This document shows positions 61,014 to 64,000 of a DNA stretch of 64,000 bases, piece after piece. The position numbers were made by a program, and so were the translations under genes. The notes beneath the pieces are model-generated. The model searched no databases and was not told the origin of the DNA. It was given only the letters and a program-made list of their open reading frames with translations. Source of the DNA: Elusimicrobiota bacterium. Its GTDB lineage: Bacteria > Elusimicrobiota > Endomicrobiia > Endomicrobiales > JBDRNC01. Position 1 is the first letter of the stretch. Every line of letters starts with the position of its first letter. The stretch covers positions 1-64,000 of the forward strand of contig JBDRNC010000017.1 in the NCBI GenBank assembly GCA_043811535.1, given 5' to 3'.

Positions 61014-61469
61014 TTACTTGTCTATCCAAGCGTCAGGATCGTACTCTATCAGCTCTTGCGATCCGAAAAAATAGCCGATTTCCCTTTTTGCGCTTTCCGG
61101 CGAATCTGACGCGTGAACAAGGTTTTTCCTGTTATCGGTTCCGAACATCTTCCGCAGCGTTCCCGCGGCGGCTTCCTTGGAGTTCGTGGCCCCGATAATT
61201 TTCCTTATGTGGGCTATCGTGCCCTTGCCTTCCCATGCCGTGACTATAATGGGTCCGGAAAGCATGAAATTTATAAACGGCTCAAAAAAATGCTTGCCCT
61301 TATGCATTTCATAGAAACCTTCTATCTGTTCCTTCGAAGGATTGAGCATTTTCATCGCCAGGAGTTTCAGTCCCTCGGACTCCATCCGGCTGATTATTTC
61401 GCCGGCTTTTTTCTTTCCTATCCCGTCAGGTTTTATTATGAGGCAGCTTCTTTCCATTTTAAACACCAT
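61014..61469 (-). CDS. ndk: Nucleoside diphosphate kinase
   Basis: IIKPDG, GATN, GTLR, NLVHASDS. Confidence 0.96.
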   Translation of the reverse strand: MVFKMERSCLIIKPDGIGKKKAGEIISRMESEGLKLLAMKMLNPSKEQIEGFYEMHKGKHFFEPFINFMLSGPIIVTAWEGKGTIAHIRKIIGATNSKEAAAGTLRKMFGTDNRKNLVHASDSPESAKREIGYFFGSQELIEYDPDAWIDK

Positions 61470-62524
61470 TATCCTTTCAGTTTTTCTATTATGGCGTCGC
61501 CAATCTGGTTTGTACCGGCATTTCCGCCGAGATCATAAGTAACCTGCTTCTTTTCCTTTATGACGGCGGCGACGGCTTTGTCGAGTTTTTTCGAAGCTTC
61601 TTTTTCGCCGAGATACGAGAGCATCAGCATGCCGGAAAGTATCACGGCGGTCGGATTCACCTTATTCTGCCCCGTGTATTTCGGCGCCGAGCCGTGCACG
61701 GCTTCGAATACGGCGCAGTCGTCACCGAAATTCGCTCCCGGGGCGACTCCGAGCCCGCCGACAAGCCCCGCGCATAGGTCTGAAATAATATCGCCGTAAA
61801 GGTTCGGCAGGACAAGCACGTCGTAAAGCTCCGGTTTCTGGACCAGCTGCATGCACATGTTGTCTATCAGCCGCTCCTCGTATTCAATTTTGCCTTCGTA
61901 TTTTTTTGCTACTTCCCGGGCCGTCTCGAAGAAAAGCCCGTCGGTGAATTTCATGATGTTTGCTTTGGCTACCGCAGTCACTTTTTTCCTGTTATTTTTA
62001 ACCGCGTAATCGAAAGCGAACCTTACGATCCGTTCCGATCCGAATTTTGAGATAGGCTTGATAGAGATCGCCGAACCTTTTCTTATTTTATTTTTTGAAA
62101 GCTCTATTATCTTTCCGGATTCTTCGGTGTCAGCCGCAAACTCCACGCCTGCATAAAGGTCTTCGGTGTTCTCGCGGACGACTACAAGATCGATATTTTC
62201 GTACCTGGATTTTACTCCCTGATAAGTTTTGCACGGCCGAAGGCATGAATACAGGTCAAGTTCCTTGCGGATGGCCACGTTTACGGAACGGAATCCAGTG
62301 CCGATAGGAGTGGTGATAGGGCCCTTTAAGGCGACTTTATTCTTGCGTATGGAAGCAAGCGTCGCTTCGGGGAGCGGCGTGCCGTATTTCCCCATCACAT
62401 CCGAGCCCGCTTCGGCTATTTCCCAGTTTATCTTGACGCCTGTCGCGTCGATTACCTTCCTTGCTGCTTCTACTATCTCCGGGCCTGTGCCGTCACCCGG
62501 GATGAGTGTAACGTTATATGCCAT
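61469..62524 (-). CDS. icd: Isocitrate/isopropylmalate dehydrogenase family, probably NAD-dependent IDH
   Basis: [48 protein letters not shown]. Confidence 0.85.
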   Translation of the reverse strand: MAYNVTLIPGDGTGPEIVEAARKVIDATGVKINWEIAEAGSDVMGKYGTPLPEATLASIRKNKVALKGPITTPIGTGFRSVNVAIRKELDLYSCLRPCKTYQGVKSRYENIDLVVVRENTEDLYAGVEFAADTEESGKIIELSKNKIRKGSAISIKPISKFGSERIVRFAFDYAVKNNRKKVTAVAKANIMKFTDGLFFETAREVAKKYEGKIEYEERLIDNMCMQLVQKPELYDVLVLPNLYGDIISDLCAGLVGGLGVAPGANFGDDCAVFEAVHGSAPKYTGQNKVNPTAVILSGMLMLSYLGEKEASKKLDKAVAAVIKEKKQVTYDLGGNAGTNQIGDAIIEKLKG

Positions 62525-62593
62525 ATTTGCTCCCTTTGAATTGCCGGATATAACAACGGGGATAATTGGTTTAGGAACCCGCAGTCGGCTGAT

Positions 62594-62611
62594 TTGTGAA
62601 CAATTTCACAG
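62594..62611. promoter_or_regulatory. Rex operator
   Basis: TTGTGAACAATTTCACAG, immediately downstream of the -10 box. Confidence 0.75.
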
Positions 62612-62640
62612 ATTTTACTTCAATTTTGGCTTTTTGTCAA
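62612..62640 (-). promoter_or_regulatory. Sigma70 promoter of icd-ndk
   Basis: TTGACA-17 nt-TAAAAT. Confidence 0.75.
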
Positions 62641-62652
62641 TGTTTTTACAGC

Positions 62653-62715
62653 AGTTCAGAGTTCGTAGTCGGTAGTTCGTAGATAAAATATAGGCAAAAC
62701 TCCGAACTACGAACT
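62653..62715. repeat. Heptamer inverted array (AGTTCGT / ACGAACT)
   Basis: agttcag agttcgt agtcggt agttcgt ... ccgaact acgaact; overlaps the GT4 stop. Confidence 0.75.
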
Positions 62716-63873
62716 TATAATTCCCTTCTGTTTCAACAGGGACATATAAAGCTCTTCCTGCTGTTCAACCATAAAATCGATATCGTACTCGCGGTTAATA
62801 AGGTTTCTGCCGAATTTTCCCATCTGTTTCCTTAAGTTTGCGTCATTCGCCAGTTTCAGCAAGAAACCGGACATAGCGTCGTTGTCATGCGGCTTGACAA
62901 GAAAGCCGCTCTTTCCTTCCGCCACTATTTCTTTAACTCCGTCAACGGCGTTCGCGACTACCGGAAGGCCGGCGCACATCGCTTCAAGCACTGACCTGGG
63001 CAGGCCTTCCCAAAGCGAGGTCATGGCGAAAATATCGGAGACAGCCAGCAGTTCGGGTATATCGCGCCTCCATCCAAGCAGGATGATTTTGGCGGATAAG
63101 TTATAACTGTGTATAAGGAGCTCAATGTGAGGCCTCAATTCGCCGTCGCCGATCATCAGAAAAACCGTGTCGGGTTTTTTCTTAAGGACCATATCCGCAG
63201 TTTTTATGAAGTCGTCAAGATTTTTCTGGGGTTTGAACGGGCCTATAGTAGTTATCACGGTTTCTTCAGATTTTATTCCCAATTTCTTTCTTATGTCTGC
63301 CTTGTCAACATTCAGGTTCCTGTACTTTGAGATTTCTATGCCGCTGCGTATCACCGTGAATTTACCGGGATCCCCGATGCCGTTGGCAAGCGCTTTTTCC
63401 GTGTTTTTGTTCGAAACCACGATCAGTTTATCGGACATTCCGGCGCACATTCTCTCTAGCAGGATGAAAAGCTTTCTGACAGGCCAGATTTGAAGCTCAT
63501 GAAAGCCAAAACCGTGGAAAGTGTGTATTACTACGGGGACGCGGGCAAGCCATGCCGCGATCCTTCCGAGTATCCCCGCCTTGGAAGAGTGCGTGTGCAC
63601 GACCTCGGGCTTTTCTCTGCGCAAAATAAAAAAAAGCATGATAAGGCCCATGGAGTCCGTGGCGGGACAAACGCGCCTTGCGAGCTTTGACGTGAAAAAT
63701 GTCCTGGCCCCGGGAAGTTTTAACGCTTCTTCGTCCAGAATGCCGCCTTTCCCGGATATAAGAACAGGTTCAAATCTCTCCCTGTCAAGGCGGCCCACGG
63801 TGTAGAGAGTGTTCTGTTGCGCGCCTCCCAACTCAAGCTTTGTGATGATATGACAGACTTTTATACGTTTCAT
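62707..63873 (-). CDS. Glycosyltransferase family 4
   Basis: GGAQ, HTHSSKAG, QKN, SLWEGLPRSVLEAM. Confidence 0.93.
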   Translation of the reverse strand: MKRIKVCHIITKLELGGAQQNTLYTVGRLDRERFEPVLISGKGGILDEEALKLPGARTFFTSKLARRVCPATDSMGLIMLFFILRREKPEVVHTHSSKAGILGRIAAWLARVPVVIHTFHGFGFHELQIWPVRKLFILLERMCAGMSDKLIVVSNKNTEKALANGIGDPGKFTVIRSGIEISKYRNLNVDKADIRKKLGIKSEETVITTIGPFKPQKNLDDFIKTADMVLKKKPDTVFLMIGDGELRPHIELLIHSYNLSAKIILLGWRRDIPELLAVSDIFAMTSLWEGLPRSVLEAMCAGLPVVANAVDGVKEIVAEGKSGFLVKPHDNDAMSGFLLKLANDANLRKQMGKFGRNLINREYDIDFMVEQQEELYMSLLKQKGIISS

Positions 63874-64000
63874 ATGTTGAGTTGGTTGAAAAACCCCTTT
63901 CCGACTGCAATTTCAGTAGTTTGACTGCAACGGCGTTAGCCTCGTCTTACATATACTCCGTCGAGCATATGCTCGCCTCGGCTTCCTTGTTTCGCTCAAA

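Noticed and set aside
63880..64000. Probable further palindromic repeat starting GTTGAAAAA (compare hairpin 27238-27263)
   Set aside because: Truncated by the window edge; not enough sequence to define it.

Overview
Gene-dense bacterial chromosome segment; essentially every real gene is on the minus strand. Gene content suggests an anaerobic Gram-negative organism, tentatively Elusimicrobiota-like (inference, not tested). Contents in order: polX, purH, a sugar ABC transporter lacking its ATPase, recX, a Mut7-C RNase, DUF362, rluA, ligA, nusB, an FMN-riboswitch-controlled ribDE(BA)H operon, smc, a probable sphingolipid operon (reductase-SPT-ceramide synthase), hyp maturation genes, and a Rex-controlled Mrp-linked group 4 [NiFe]-hydrogenase operon with an NAD(P)H module. 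These are followed by bcd-etfBA, rnc, the fab/plsX/rpmF cluster, ackA, ndk, icd and a GT4 gene. The most unusual layer is non-coding. (1) About 20 gene junctions carry short 7-nt-period tandem arrays with several different units, often as inverted arm pairs. One pair encloses an AT-rich cargo gene, three arrays sit in-frame in hyp genes, and one frameshifts fabD. (2) A 105-bp element is inserted in-frame in two unrelated genes. (3) A 90-bp double-hairpin element occurs four times and supplies stop codons. (4) A GATTACAC repeat family includes an exact 97-bp duplicate. All calls were made by eye, without database searches.
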